Shown in pieces: positions 1-11,524 of a DNA stretch of 64,000 nt (the stretch's first letter is position 1; each line of letters starts with the position of its first letter). The translations under genes were made by a program, and so were the position numbers. The stretch comes from Catajapyx aquilonaris (taxonomy: Eukaryota). The stretch spans positions 1 through 64,000 of the forward strand of contig KZ538439.1 of the NCBI GenBank assembly GCA_000934665.2. The letters run 5' to 3'. A model generated the notes under the pieces. The model had not been told where the DNA came from and searched no databases. It saw only the letters and a program-made list of their open reading frames with translations.

Positions 1-2012
1 TAATAGGATTGGTGTAATACGAAGGACAGAGGACTTTGTTCATTAAGTCGAAATGCAATTTGTAACATTTGCAAGTAACTCGATGGCTCTTTTTTTTCCA
101 CGATAATCTAATGGAAACCTCGGAACTAAACGAGACAATCAATCCTTGGAGACCTCCGTAACAAGTCACAGTTTTTTTTTATCCTTATGAAAAAAGAAAG
201 GTAGGCTGAAAATATCCCGCTCACCTGCGCCGCACAATTTCCTAGGGGGCTGTATCGACCTCCATTTTTTTTTTTTCGTTTTTTTTTTTGGCCGAAGCCC
301 GAACCCCCACCCGAGACTCATACTCCTTCGACTCCCCCCTACCATTCCTGTGAGCGGCATTTTTCTGGCTGGGTGTTGGCATTTCCATTGCAGCTACAAA
401 AGAGGAGCGACTCCTCCTTCAGCTGCCTCCCAAAGGAATCTATTTCCCAAGGAACTTTCCCAGGCGACAACGTCCTCTCGCCAACCTGCTGCTGCCATTT
501 TGCACACTCACTTTTGCACGCTTTCCCCCCCCTCTCTCCTGTATACCCATCCCCACTTCTCAGCCCCCCACATTTTTTCCTTTCTTGCAAATGTCTTCCC
601 ATCCTTTTTCGCCTTAAAAAACTACTAATACGCTCAGCTTTTCAAGCTGAAGCTGCTCAAATGTCAAGTCGCTTTGTGAACAAATGTGAGGAAGCAAAAC
701 CTTGTCAACATATAAGCGGATTCGACAATTTTTTTATATCTAAAAATATACAGATTTAGCAGATTCCTTGTGACCTTTGTGACTTGTACACTTGACATTT
801 CGGAGCGCTAGTAGTGCAGGGGTCATCATTTTCGCTCCAGAAGCATTCTCTATTCAGAGCTGAATTTATTTTTAAACCGGCCTGCATCTATCTTTCAGTA
901 TACGCATCTGCGGACGAAAACCGCACGAAAAAAGGGTTCCCCGTCCCGTTTGTGGTGTACGCAAACACTGTACATAGTTAAGCAAAAACTGACAGCATGT
1001 CATTAACCCGAGGAAAAGTTGGGCTGGCCCGAAATGGGCTTGTTAGTGCTAGTTGATGTCACATAGTATAAGACAGGTTTTGATTTTTTGACTGATGTCG
1101 TACCGGGTAGCATTAGAGCAGATGAGTTGGTTAGTTCCAGCTGGAAAAGCATTCGGCGCAACTCCTTTTTTTATTATCAACCCATGGGAGATGGTGGATG
1201 GTGGGGGGGCAAGAAATGAAGAAATGGATGGAATAAAAAGAGGGTGGCGCAAAAGAGAAAATCAGGCAGGCGATAAAATTGGCAGGCTGTCCGCCCCGCC
1301 ATGTGGTCCACAAAGGGACCCCTTCCTAGTTATTTGTTCGGTGGCGAATCCCCGATCAATCTGCCTCTTCACTTCGGAAAAAGTGGGGCACAGAGTCTGT
1401 AGCAGGGAGGAATACCTGTCCCGAGGGAGACGCTTGCTTCTGCCAAATGAAATATGTCTGCCTGAAAAATTGTATATGCCCTCCCGTGAATTTTAAACCC
1501 GCGCGTCTGCCTCGGAAACGGGTTCTGAACAGGAAGATATTGGAGTCGCCATCTTGCCTGCATTGTACTACAGCTTTATGCACCGCTGTACGCAATAAGA
1601 ATCCGGAAACGTGGGGCGGGCATTAGGGTGGATGACCTGCAGGCATGAATCGGGACACAAATGTGGTCTAATAAGAAGGCAACACTGCTTACACAGTCTC
1701 TTGATTCCCCAAGGTGGTCAGTGAGCTATCTGACCACTCTGCCTACAGAAAAATTAGAGCTGTATGCTCGCAGAATGAATGGATCAGACAGGCAGGAACT
1801 CTGAATTTTTCACCTACGTTCTCTACAAGTCCAATATCCTTTTCAGTCCTAAAATAGATTCCCTCACATACATTACAGAAAAATGGGTCGAGATGAAAAG
1901 AACTCGCAGCTTTATTCTGCCGCTGCGTTTACCCAACACCTGGCAATTTTGTGGTCACCCCAGCGTAAACTGTTTGTGACACTTGGACCTGCTCCAGAGT
2001 AGAGTAAAAATG

Positions 2013-2018
2013 ACTGAC
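2013..2018 (-). other. 5' splice donor ending the LRRNT exon (phase 1)
   Basis: CCAG|GTCAGT, located where family-like protein sequence stops and the ORF becomes low-information. Confidence 0.75.
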
Positions 2019-2247
2019 CTGGCACCTTGGCGAACGGTACGCCGACGCAGTAGACGTCCCTGACTCCGTCCCGGTTGTGCGGAGGTGGTTGCCTGTCCTC
2101 CGGAAACTCGAAGCTGCTTCCGGCCGACTCCATCTTGCAGGAGCAGAGTGGGTTGAAGGGACAGGGTACCACCTGCGGGCCGCCCTGGGATTCGGCCCTG
2201 GGACCCAGCAGCAGAAGCACCAGGAGGCTCCCAAGCAGCAGGCCCAT
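2019..2247 (-). CDS. First coding exon of an extracellular leucine-rich-repeat protein, chaoptin-like (signal peptide + LRRNT cap); gene continues leftwards
   Basis: Encodes MGLLLGSLLVLLLLGPRAES-QGGPQVVPCPFNPLCSCK...VRDVYCVGVPFAKVP (76 codons + 1 nt). A hydrophobic signal peptide with an A-x-S cleavage site is followed by C-x-x-N-x-x-C-x-C ... C-x-x-V-P-F-x-x-[VL]-P, the pattern I recall from the N-cap of Drosophila chaoptin and its paralogues. Bounded by acceptor ttcctcttctttttttcag|ATG and donor CCAG|gtcagt (phase 1). The exact orthologue cannot be assigned without a search. Confidence 0.85.
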
Positions 2248-2270
2248 CTGAAAAAAAGAAGAGGAACTGA
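2248..2270 (-). other. 3' splice acceptor immediately before the start ATG
   Basis: Minus strand reads tcagttcctcttctttttttcag|ATGGGC: a long polypyrimidine tract plus CAG. Confidence 0.8.
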
Positions 2271-4733
2271 TTCAGGATTTTCCGGAAGGCTGCATCATCC
2301 TAGCTCTATTTCCGGCTCAGGACCAAAAGGAGAGGCGTCAATCCGGAGCAGGCCGTGGGGACTTCTCCACCTGTCTTCTGCAGAAAAAGAAGAGACTAGT
2401 TCGAACCCACTCCCTTTTCAAAATCCCAGCAGCTTCCACTTTTCCGGCCGGCTTGCCACACTGGAGGTGTGACAGCCTGCTGCGTACTGAGTACAGAGTA
2501 CATGTTTTTAAAAAAATTAATGCCGTGACAGCGCACACCAGAGAGGGTTAATGAAGCTGGTCCGAGTCCCCGTGATTTTTTTTTTCCTAGGGTCCTGCAG
2601 CAAATGAAATTAATTCCCTGTCAGCTAGCCCTATAGGTACGGGGGGAAACCAACTTTGTGTCGGCTGCCAATCTGACGATGTGTCCGTCGAGGGAAAAGG
2701 GACACAAAAATTACGTCTCACCTTGGCCCACTTGAGCTTTTGTTTACGAGACCCATGGGATGACGGAGGGTTGACAGAGTGGCAGGACTTTTGTTTTTAC
2801 GACGTCACCAATTGCGGTGGAGCATAATTGTTGCTTAACAGAATATTGTCCGAGTTACAAATTCTGTTTACTCGTACTGTGTGGGACTAGTTTTGCAGCC
2901 GGCATGTGCGTGTACAAAGGATATCAAATCATTTCAGCAAACTGATTAATAATGTTTGATCAACTTAACAGTTTTGTCATTTTGAATTAACTCGTGCATG
3001 ACGCCATTAAACGAGGTAATACTAACAGATGACCACGTTCTTTGACACTCCAAACATTGAATTATCGTCAGCAATCCCGACTCCATGAAAGGGCAAAAAT
3101 CAGGTCTCAATTAAAGTGGCGCACACCAAAATGGATGACTGAAATTATATACAATTCTCCCAAAAAGTCCCCTGGAGACCCTTGAAAGCATTAATTTGCC
3201 AAAGATGCCGAACTCTCAATACCGCGTATATTTACCATCCCATCCACTTCCTCCGCAACAAAGGGGAATTTCGGGATAGGATGTTGGGTTGTGCTGCAGG
3301 GGGAAGGAGTGGGAGTTGGAGGAAGGAAGATGGGAGGGGAGATAAAGGGCGGGGAGACTGTCTGTGTAAGTATATGGTTGATAGGAGAGCGCAGCGGACA
3401 GAAAACGGAATGCCATAAATTCCTTTCCGGGGAAGAAAAATGCACGCAAGGTCTCTCCATGTTTTGGAAGCAGCAGAAAATTGACGGACCTTTCTGCGGA
3501 ACGGGTTTTGCGGGATCTGCGGGGAAGGAATTGGATTTGAGGGGGGTTGAGAGATGATGAAGGAACCGCAGCAGGGAAAAAAAGTAATGATTCATACAAG
3601 ATTATATTAATTTTTATCTTTGTCCCGGCCAAGCGGACAAAAAATATATGATGGAAGCATATTTCGTATTCATCTCTGTCAGAGGACTTCCCTTAATTAA
3701 ACAAAAGAGGAGCATTGACGTGTTGGACGGAATATATTACACTGTATGTCACAGTGAAAACACCATCCGTTATTCCCAGTGCGTAGAGTTAGACCAAAAT
3801 AGACCTTCTAAAATTACTTCCATGAAATAATGCAACATATAACACTGTATGCAGTGTACTTAACGCGTGGGAACGTCACGGGATAATTTCTTGCATACAT
3901 TAATAATTTACATATTCAAACTCATGCATCACAGCTGACGCAATCCCAACTCATTCCGCTCCACATGGCACAGTAGCACTACAGTATATGCTTTCACTAT
4001 TTAGAGCAGTCTAAAAATCCTGCATAGATTTCCCTCGAATTCTAAACACTGCATACATTACCCTGGAAAATTATGCGACAACCTAAGAGTTTATTTTTAC
4101 GCATTTTCCATTGTACTTTTGCATCAATTTAATAAATTATTTGTAAGTTGCACTGAACAATAAATGTTGCAAAAGTATGCTACTGGATATTGCACACAAA
4201 CTCACAAAGTGAAACGCCTACGTGTACTGCATATATAGCGTATAACCTAGCTGAACTGGAATATACATCCGCCTGATCTATATACTCTGCATTTTATGAT
4301 CCTGTAAGAAGACTAACAAGATTTTGTACTATCCTACAGTAAGATCATACTTTGCGAGGTGACAAAAAGCGTTCTAATACAATGTAAAATGCAAGTGCTC
4401 AAAGATATACATATACATATGTGATACTTTTAGCCGTTTAGTCCTTCCAAACATGAGTAAACCCTTGGTATACCCAGCACCCGCATCCCCCTCCTGACAC
4501 ACACATACACATGTACTGTCATTATACGTGACTGTGGGAACAAGTCAAACAAGCGTATATGGAGGAAGTGCAGCACGCGCAGTACAGAGTTGAGGCCTCA
4601 TAAATCATGGATATTATCAAAGCTGACTGTGAGACATGGAAAAGGTGTGGGTCTGCTGCATGATCGCCAAGCTTTTTTCCTCTCATCCTGCTCCCTATTG
4701 GTTTTATTTGGCCCCGACCTTATCGGCTTTTTT

Positions 4734-4753
4734 TGTGTGTGTGTGTGTGTGTG
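4734..4753 (+). repeat. (TG)10 microsatellite
   Basis: Read directly from the sequence. Confidence 0.9.
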
Positions 4754-7700
4754 AAACCCAGCCCCCATTCCTGCACGGTATGGATGGCCCAGTAAGTAGG
4801 GTACAAAGGACCTAGTTAGTCCCCAATCAGAAGTGTAAGGTCGTTCTTGTTTGTGACCCGGACTTGCTTTCCATAGAAAACTGCATGAAAGGGCATAATT
4901 ATTACGGTATCTGTACAAAATAACATCACATCAAAAATAGTGAATAAAAATCCAGCATGAAACGTAGCGTCAATAAATTAATGCCCAATATTTAAATTTT
5001 TGAGATGTTTTTAGAGCTAGCTTGACTTATATGCAGAAGTTAATGGTAACTGAATCACAGCACAGTAAACTAGCTACTCCTACATGCTGCATTAGCTCTA
5101 TCGGTTTAATGGCAGAAATTATTCAATTTAATATGGGGCAACAGAAGCAAATTTTTAATGCGACATATAGACCGAAACTAATAATAGGATGTCAGTCTAT
5201 TAGCGTATAATGATTCATCACGAAATTGAATTAACAGTATTGAATCGATATTCTCCGATGAATGCACAAATGCGACAGTCTTTGGACAGTCAATATACGT
5301 GCCATTAGTGAGGATGTATGCTAAAAGTATTGACATTCACCTCATGCATAAGTACAAACCGTAAAGTTACATTATAACACAATGCGCATGTGTGACAAAG
5401 AAAACTGGATAAAACATACATGTACACCACAATTATGAACCTTTATCAATCTCATAGATGCCATATTTTGTGGACAAGAGAAATGAAAACGGTTGAACTG
5501 AATTATTCCATGCGCACATTTCACGCATCAAACGTTCAGTACAGTGCGCATTCGTGCAAGGGTGCTTCTCTCAACATTTTGAAAACCACAAAGCATTTTT
5601 TTTTTCAATTACCTGACGCTACATGATGCCATTAACATACCGCAACTTTTTCTAGTTATTGTTCCTGAAATTTTCTGGAGACCCCCACCTGCAATAATTA
5701 GAACCCGTAATGTATTCACCATTTTTAGAAATGAAAATATATGCAGCAAATTAAATCCCGAGAGTTTGGTCGAAAAGTGGAAGTCAACAAAAAGTTTCTA
5801 TTCGAAACAGTGCATTATTCATGAGTTATTTGTCCTAGGCAATAACTCATCCGAATGTGCCACAATAACAATATTGACGCACCGGCGCAGTTTGGGAACT
5901 CTACACCACCCGAAAATGCAAGGGCTCTTAAAGACGTTTCTTGCCCCTTCTGGCCCTAGTCCTGAAGGAATTCCTGGGGCCCAACCATTCCCCCTTTGAT
6001 GCATTCCAAGTGGGAGGGAATTGCGTGCCTGTGTGCAAAACGAGTCCAAGCCAATTAATCGAGCAGCCAAAGTGTCGGCAGGCAGGGTTCACGCAGGCCA
6101 TGGAGAACTAGCGAGTAGAAACGACGCCAATGTTCCAAAGACATCCTGACCTACTGTACAGTCCACTCTAGCAGAAGGTGAAGGCAGCTGAGGCCAATGT
6201 GTATATGCTGTATCGAGTTGCGGCAGAGCCTCGGTGAAGTGCCCTGGGATGGACCCTCCTATATACACTAGGTGGAAAATAAACGAAGTTGGAAAAATAT
6301 TATGACTGCCTTTCAGGTCCGTTTATGCTTCCCGGTGCATTATGACGGCTCTTCGCATCAACTCAAGCACCGGAAAATGGACACGACTCGCCCAGAAAAA
6401 AGTTCATGCAAAAAAAAGCAGAGTGGCAGCAGTATAGGCAAAAAATTTTGGTGTGGTCCTTGTGAAGGTGGCAGCGGAGAGTCGACCAGAGGTGTGCGAT
6501 GGATCGATGCGATCTTCCTGCAAAGCCAACCAACCGGGTGCACATTGAAGGAAAGGAAAAGCGAAGGAAGGGATGGGATGGGATGGGTCCTAGGCCCAGC
6601 AGGCTGCTGCAAGGGGGGGTTGGAACCGAATTGAGAGATGGAGAGATTCCATTAGGCCAATGAGTGCCGCGAGTTCATGTTTGGCCAAGCTCTTGTGACT
6701 GGACCACTCCGAGTCCTATTCAAGTCGTCCCAACTTGTCTCTTCAAACTGCGGCTCGGAAGCGAAGAGTCACGCCTGCCTGCCTCATGGCCCCCATGCCC
6801 TGTCCTGCCCTGCCTGAATGCACCTACCCTACCCTATCTCGACTCAAAAGCTTCAGATCGGTTCACCCGGATCCGAACAAATAGGATCCACGCTCCTTAC
6901 AGCTATACATTTAGCTAGACTACCTCTTTCCCCCCTGTTTTATTAGCCAGGGGGTCATGGTGTTGCTTGATTCCAGAGGACCAGCCCGCAGGCACATTCA
7001 GACATGAAAGAGTTGTTGATGGGGCCACCTGCTCCCTGGGGCCTACCGCCTAACTCCATCAATATTCGCCCAGGGGCACACCACCGCCCCTTCAGGACCT
7101 TTCCTTTTAAAAAAAACCTTAGACATCAGTAGGGCCACGCACGTTCCCCCATCCACTAGACCCCCGATATATAGTCGACCGATTCCGCTTTGACTCTCTT
7201 CGGCCACAGATCCATCCGGATTTGCTCTACCAAGTTGCTAGGGACGAATCCGCTGGTCCATGTGTCGAGTTTTCACGATATTATACCGGCTACTTGGTTG
7301 AGCCCACTGCAAAAACATGATCACTGAACAATACCCCGATTGGATCCGGCCAACTAACTCTGCTTGGCATCACGCGCGCATATTTTTACACTCGAAAGAG
7401 CGAGGTAGCGCAGACTATAAAAAAAGCTAGGCGCTGATTGCCCAGCTTCCCAAGCCCGATTCTGGAAGAACCCGCGCTCATTTACACTCATTAGAATACA
7501 TTATGATAAGGTAAACAATCCCAGTTAGTCCCGCAAAGCTGTGTGGCTAAGCTCCGGTTTACAGCAAGGCCCGCGAGCTTCACCAACATTACCGTATAGT
7601 TGAAGCCCGCCTTTATAACATACCACACGTCGCTGTCTTTTCGAGCCTGATGTGTGCCTCTGGCTTCCGGACACGCACGTCGCTCACAATATACACGTAC

Positions 7701-10700
7701 GTGCCCACGCCAAAGTAACGCCCGCTCCCCATGATTTATGCACACAAATTTACTTGTTTGGTACGATTCGCTTAATTTGCTTGATCCATTTGAATCCCAT
7801 CGCATTTTTTGCGGTGTAGGGACCTAATTCTGTTGAAACAGCAGAGCCAATAGTACAATATTTGGAAACGGACCATCGACTCCGGCGCCATCCCCCGGCG
7901 ATTGTGTGCGCAGAGAGGATTATACTCATCGGGCTTGCTAGAAAAAATAAAGATAAGCGGGGGATATATACAAAAAAAGGAGGTTTAAAATCCTCTGGAA
8001 TTTTCCGGCTGCTGCAGTTGTTCAAGTTGCGCGTTTAAGGGTCTACTTGGTGAGCTGTAGGAATGCAAGACAGCCTGCTGAGAAGACGGCGAGAATTTGC
8101 AAGCCCCTTTCGCCAGAGGTCGCATCCAAATCTTCACGATGCGACGAAATTACTTAATGGCATCGTAAAACCTCTGCTTTCCCGAGAGACTCTTTTCTCC
8201 ACTAAGGAGTCGAGGATTCAGTCTCTTCCGCTTTTTATGGTTATGTACGCCTGAAATGCACTTCTACTTTGCGGGTCCCGCATCTATCAGAAAGTGGCAA
8301 TTTTACTAATCTGATTCTACCTCAAGTATACTAGGTTCGCTGGCTTTTACAGGTGATTTTTTTTGCTTCCAACCTGCAATTTGGCAGGGCCTTATGATTG
8401 CAAAAGTCCTCTTGTAAGACACGAGTCAACAGACAATATTGAGTGTAATCACTGGATGTAATAAATGCTGAGGTGATTGCTCTCCCAAGGGAAGAGGAAG
8501 AGAGTCTTTGATACTTCTGACACCAATTCCAAACCAGAAAACTCTTATACCAGCTCGTGTTCCCACCGAACGAAATTTCCAGGCGGTGGTGGAGGCAGTT
8601 TTCATTTTCTCAGCAGCCAATATCAGTTACTCAGAAGAGGTTTTGGGGGGAGGAAGGGAAGAAGAGAAGGAATGAAGAAAAAGAGTGAGAGAGTGAGAGA
8701 GAGAACATCAGAGGCTCAGGCTTGACAAAAGCGAAAATCCTCAAGTGTTGCTTTTGTCACCAGGCTTTTGTCCCGCAGTGAATCTGCCGACTCGCGTGCC
8801 CTCCTATTGATTGATGAGAAACAAATGCTCCCCGACTCCTTTCCCTTGAATTTCCCTCTCCACAACCCGACCTACCTATAAGGGGAAAAAAGGAAAAAAA
8901 AGTATAGAATGGGGAAAAGGGGATTCAGCTCTCATCCTTCTTCCTCAAGGGCCGCAAGGCAAATAATAGACTGCAGGGGAGGGTACTAACTAGTGCGAAT
9001 AATCCATTCAGCCTTTTTTAGGGCTCCCTCGGGGTCATTTTACTTGCAAACCTAATGCAAACTTTGCCCAAGTTTTCACTCCTCCCCTTCCCTCCTTTCC
9101 CCAGCCATACAGAAGCAAGCCATCTCTCTATTCTGCTCTTCTATAGCCTCACATTTGTCTTACGCACACCTTTCAAATGTAATATCACTTTGATACGGCC
9201 GCTTTGTGGGGGCAATGTGCAGGAATTATCTTATGCAAAACTTTTCCAGCCCGCTTGTTGTATAGGGGACAGTTTGCTTGTTATGGCCTCACAATTAACA
9301 CTTTATTTCTAATCAGACTGCTAATGAATGGGCGTACTGTGGCGCTAAATAGGACTGAGCGGAATCCGGTATTGTTAACATAATTTCTTGAAATTGCAGG
9401 TTTCCGATGGTCTCGTTGGGTATTCGAATTGTGCAACGTTCTCTTGGGTTTTGCACGAACCTGACGAGCAAGGCTTCCTGCACCGTTTGGTAATGCGACA
9501 GTTAACTGGGAGGCATTTTGCGGGGCATTAACAAAGACAGGAGTATTCCGCTGGCAATTAATATGCATTGGATTCATTGGTTGGGTCGGCTTAAATTCCA
9601 CAACCGCTGCGGCAATTCCCAAACCCAGTGACGTCACCTAAAGACTTCTCGGCTGAATTGAATTTCACATTCAGATCGACTACTTCCTTCTGGCAGTAAC
9701 AAAAAAAAGGAGTAACGCTACAATGGGAAGGAAACTTTTCGCGGGAGTAAAAAGAACGAAAACATTATCAGAGTCCTCCTGACAATCTGGGCCGGCAATT
9801 AGGGTTTGGGGAGAAACGGGAGTATAAAAAAAGGTGGCTAATGATGCAACTTTCCTTCCACTGATTGATGCCTAATGTCTCTTCCGAATGGAAAACGGAA
9901 GCCTTTCCTAACGAACTCGCTGCGATTTTTGATTACAACCCCATCCCTCCTTTACCCCCAACCCTCCTTTTCCTTCAAACCCCACCCTTAGAGGGGGCCG
10001 TCTGGACTAAACTTTTCGAACCAACTTTTTACAAATTGTTTTTACTAAGACTGATGGAATGACGACTAGCACTTCGCCCCCTGCGGATCCTTTTACTCGT
10101 CCCTTTTTGCTGTGATCTGAAAACAACAATCGATATTTAAAGGGAGGACCAACAACTGATATAATTTGAATCGGACAGTGATCAAATGTGACAATTTGAC
10201 AAATCCCATAGGCAGATCACAATTTCCACTGGGGGAGGGGGGGGGGGTTGTAGCCTAAACTTGGTTCTACTCCTCCTTTCTGAAGCTCTTTCTCTCAGTC
10301 TCTTTCTCCCCCCTCCCCCACCAAACTCTCTCGTAGGCGACGCTTTCTCGTCGGAATCATATTAGGCCCCAAAGTCTCCAGATCCATTCCCCGTATTACC
10401 TTTCAATGAGAGACAGCCTAATTTCGGGTGGGGAGGGCTTAAGGTGGGCTGCAAACTGAATTCCCAGCTTCGGCTTGAAAAGAACCATCCTCACGAGAGA
10501 GAACCAACTCAACTCTCCCTTTTCCACACTTCTTTTCCTCTTCCTTCTACAACCCTCCCCCTCTTCCCACTACCTCTTCTTCTTTTGCCTCTTTGTCAGG
10601 CACAAATAAAGTTTCGACAAATGGACTTCAAATAACAGTCTTAATGAGTTTTCCTCGCCCATCCGGTGACAAAAAGACGCTCCTTTTTATTCATATCACA

Positions 10701-11482
10701 GGAGTTTGGGGGGGGATGGATCTTGTCAGAAAGGACCCTTATCTGCTCCTCCCAAAGGGAAAAGTTACTCCAAATACAAATTAGACTGCGAAGATCCGGC
10801 GTAAAGCCGAGTAAAATTCGATAGAAATTTGCTCGCTTTTCTATATCATTTGGGAAATTTTCCGGCGCAAATCAGGTGCTGCACCTCCTCATTTATGAGC
10901 GAGTTATCATGGTGACAGGTCACAAATCTTGGCAGGCTGCGACATTTCCGGAAGAGCTCATCCATCCATCTATCCTTCCTCCTTATGCCTCCATCTTCCC
11001 CATCCTTACATCCATCTAGAGAAACTTTTGCTCATTACCCGGTCGGATGACAATAAATTATGAGCGAGTAGGAAGAGGAAGTCCCGGAAGGTGCACTAGG
11101 GATTATCCCGTTTGGGGGACCAGGAAACTGAATTTCCTAACGGAAAAGTGTGGGCGGGAAAGAGTAGGCTGAATACAAAAATGGCGGCGGAGGAAAAGAA
11201 AGTCGGTTGTCACTGCAAATGAACCAAACAGGCTCGTGCAGGGTTGCTTATTTATTACAACCTTTCATCTCCTTCCTTCCACATTTTCGTTATTCCCTCC
11301 TCTTTTTCCCCGTCTTACTGGCAGCGATTACATCTTCCCTGCTGCTGCAACACGCGCGTCGCATTAATTATCCAAACCGCAACTCCCTTACGTCGTCTCC
11401 ACAAAACCGACGTTCAGTTGCCTCAGATTTCTCAACATGTTTCGTCAATCTACACTCCTGCACATCATGTCGCTCAGCACCT

Positions 11483-11524
11483 GACATAGATGGCACCACT
11501 AGAGTTGCAGCGCCATCTAGTGTC
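11483..11524. promoter_or_regulatory. Inverted pair of CTCF-like motifs (candidate insulator)
   Basis: Plus strand GACATAGATGGCACCAC at 11483; minus strand GACACTAGATGGCGCTGC spanning 11524-11507. The second closely matches the CTCF core CCACYAGRKGGCRS. Confidence 0.45.

Noticed and set aside
1714..1737. Short hairpins (GTGGTCAG...CTGACCAC; also GACCTGC...GCAGGTC at ~13471) as terminators or Helitron ends
   Set aside because: Stems of 7-8 bp occur by chance; no correctly placed CTRR end; bacterial terminators do not apply in this context.
1..1911. Next LRR-coding exon of the chaoptin-like gene
   Set aside because: I found no phase-1 exon with LxxLxLxxN repeats; it probably lies left of the window.
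1912..2018. C-terminal part of the 111-aa ORF (GQSFLLYSG...)
   Set aside because: It lies past the GTCAGT donor, so it is intron read-through rather than protein.
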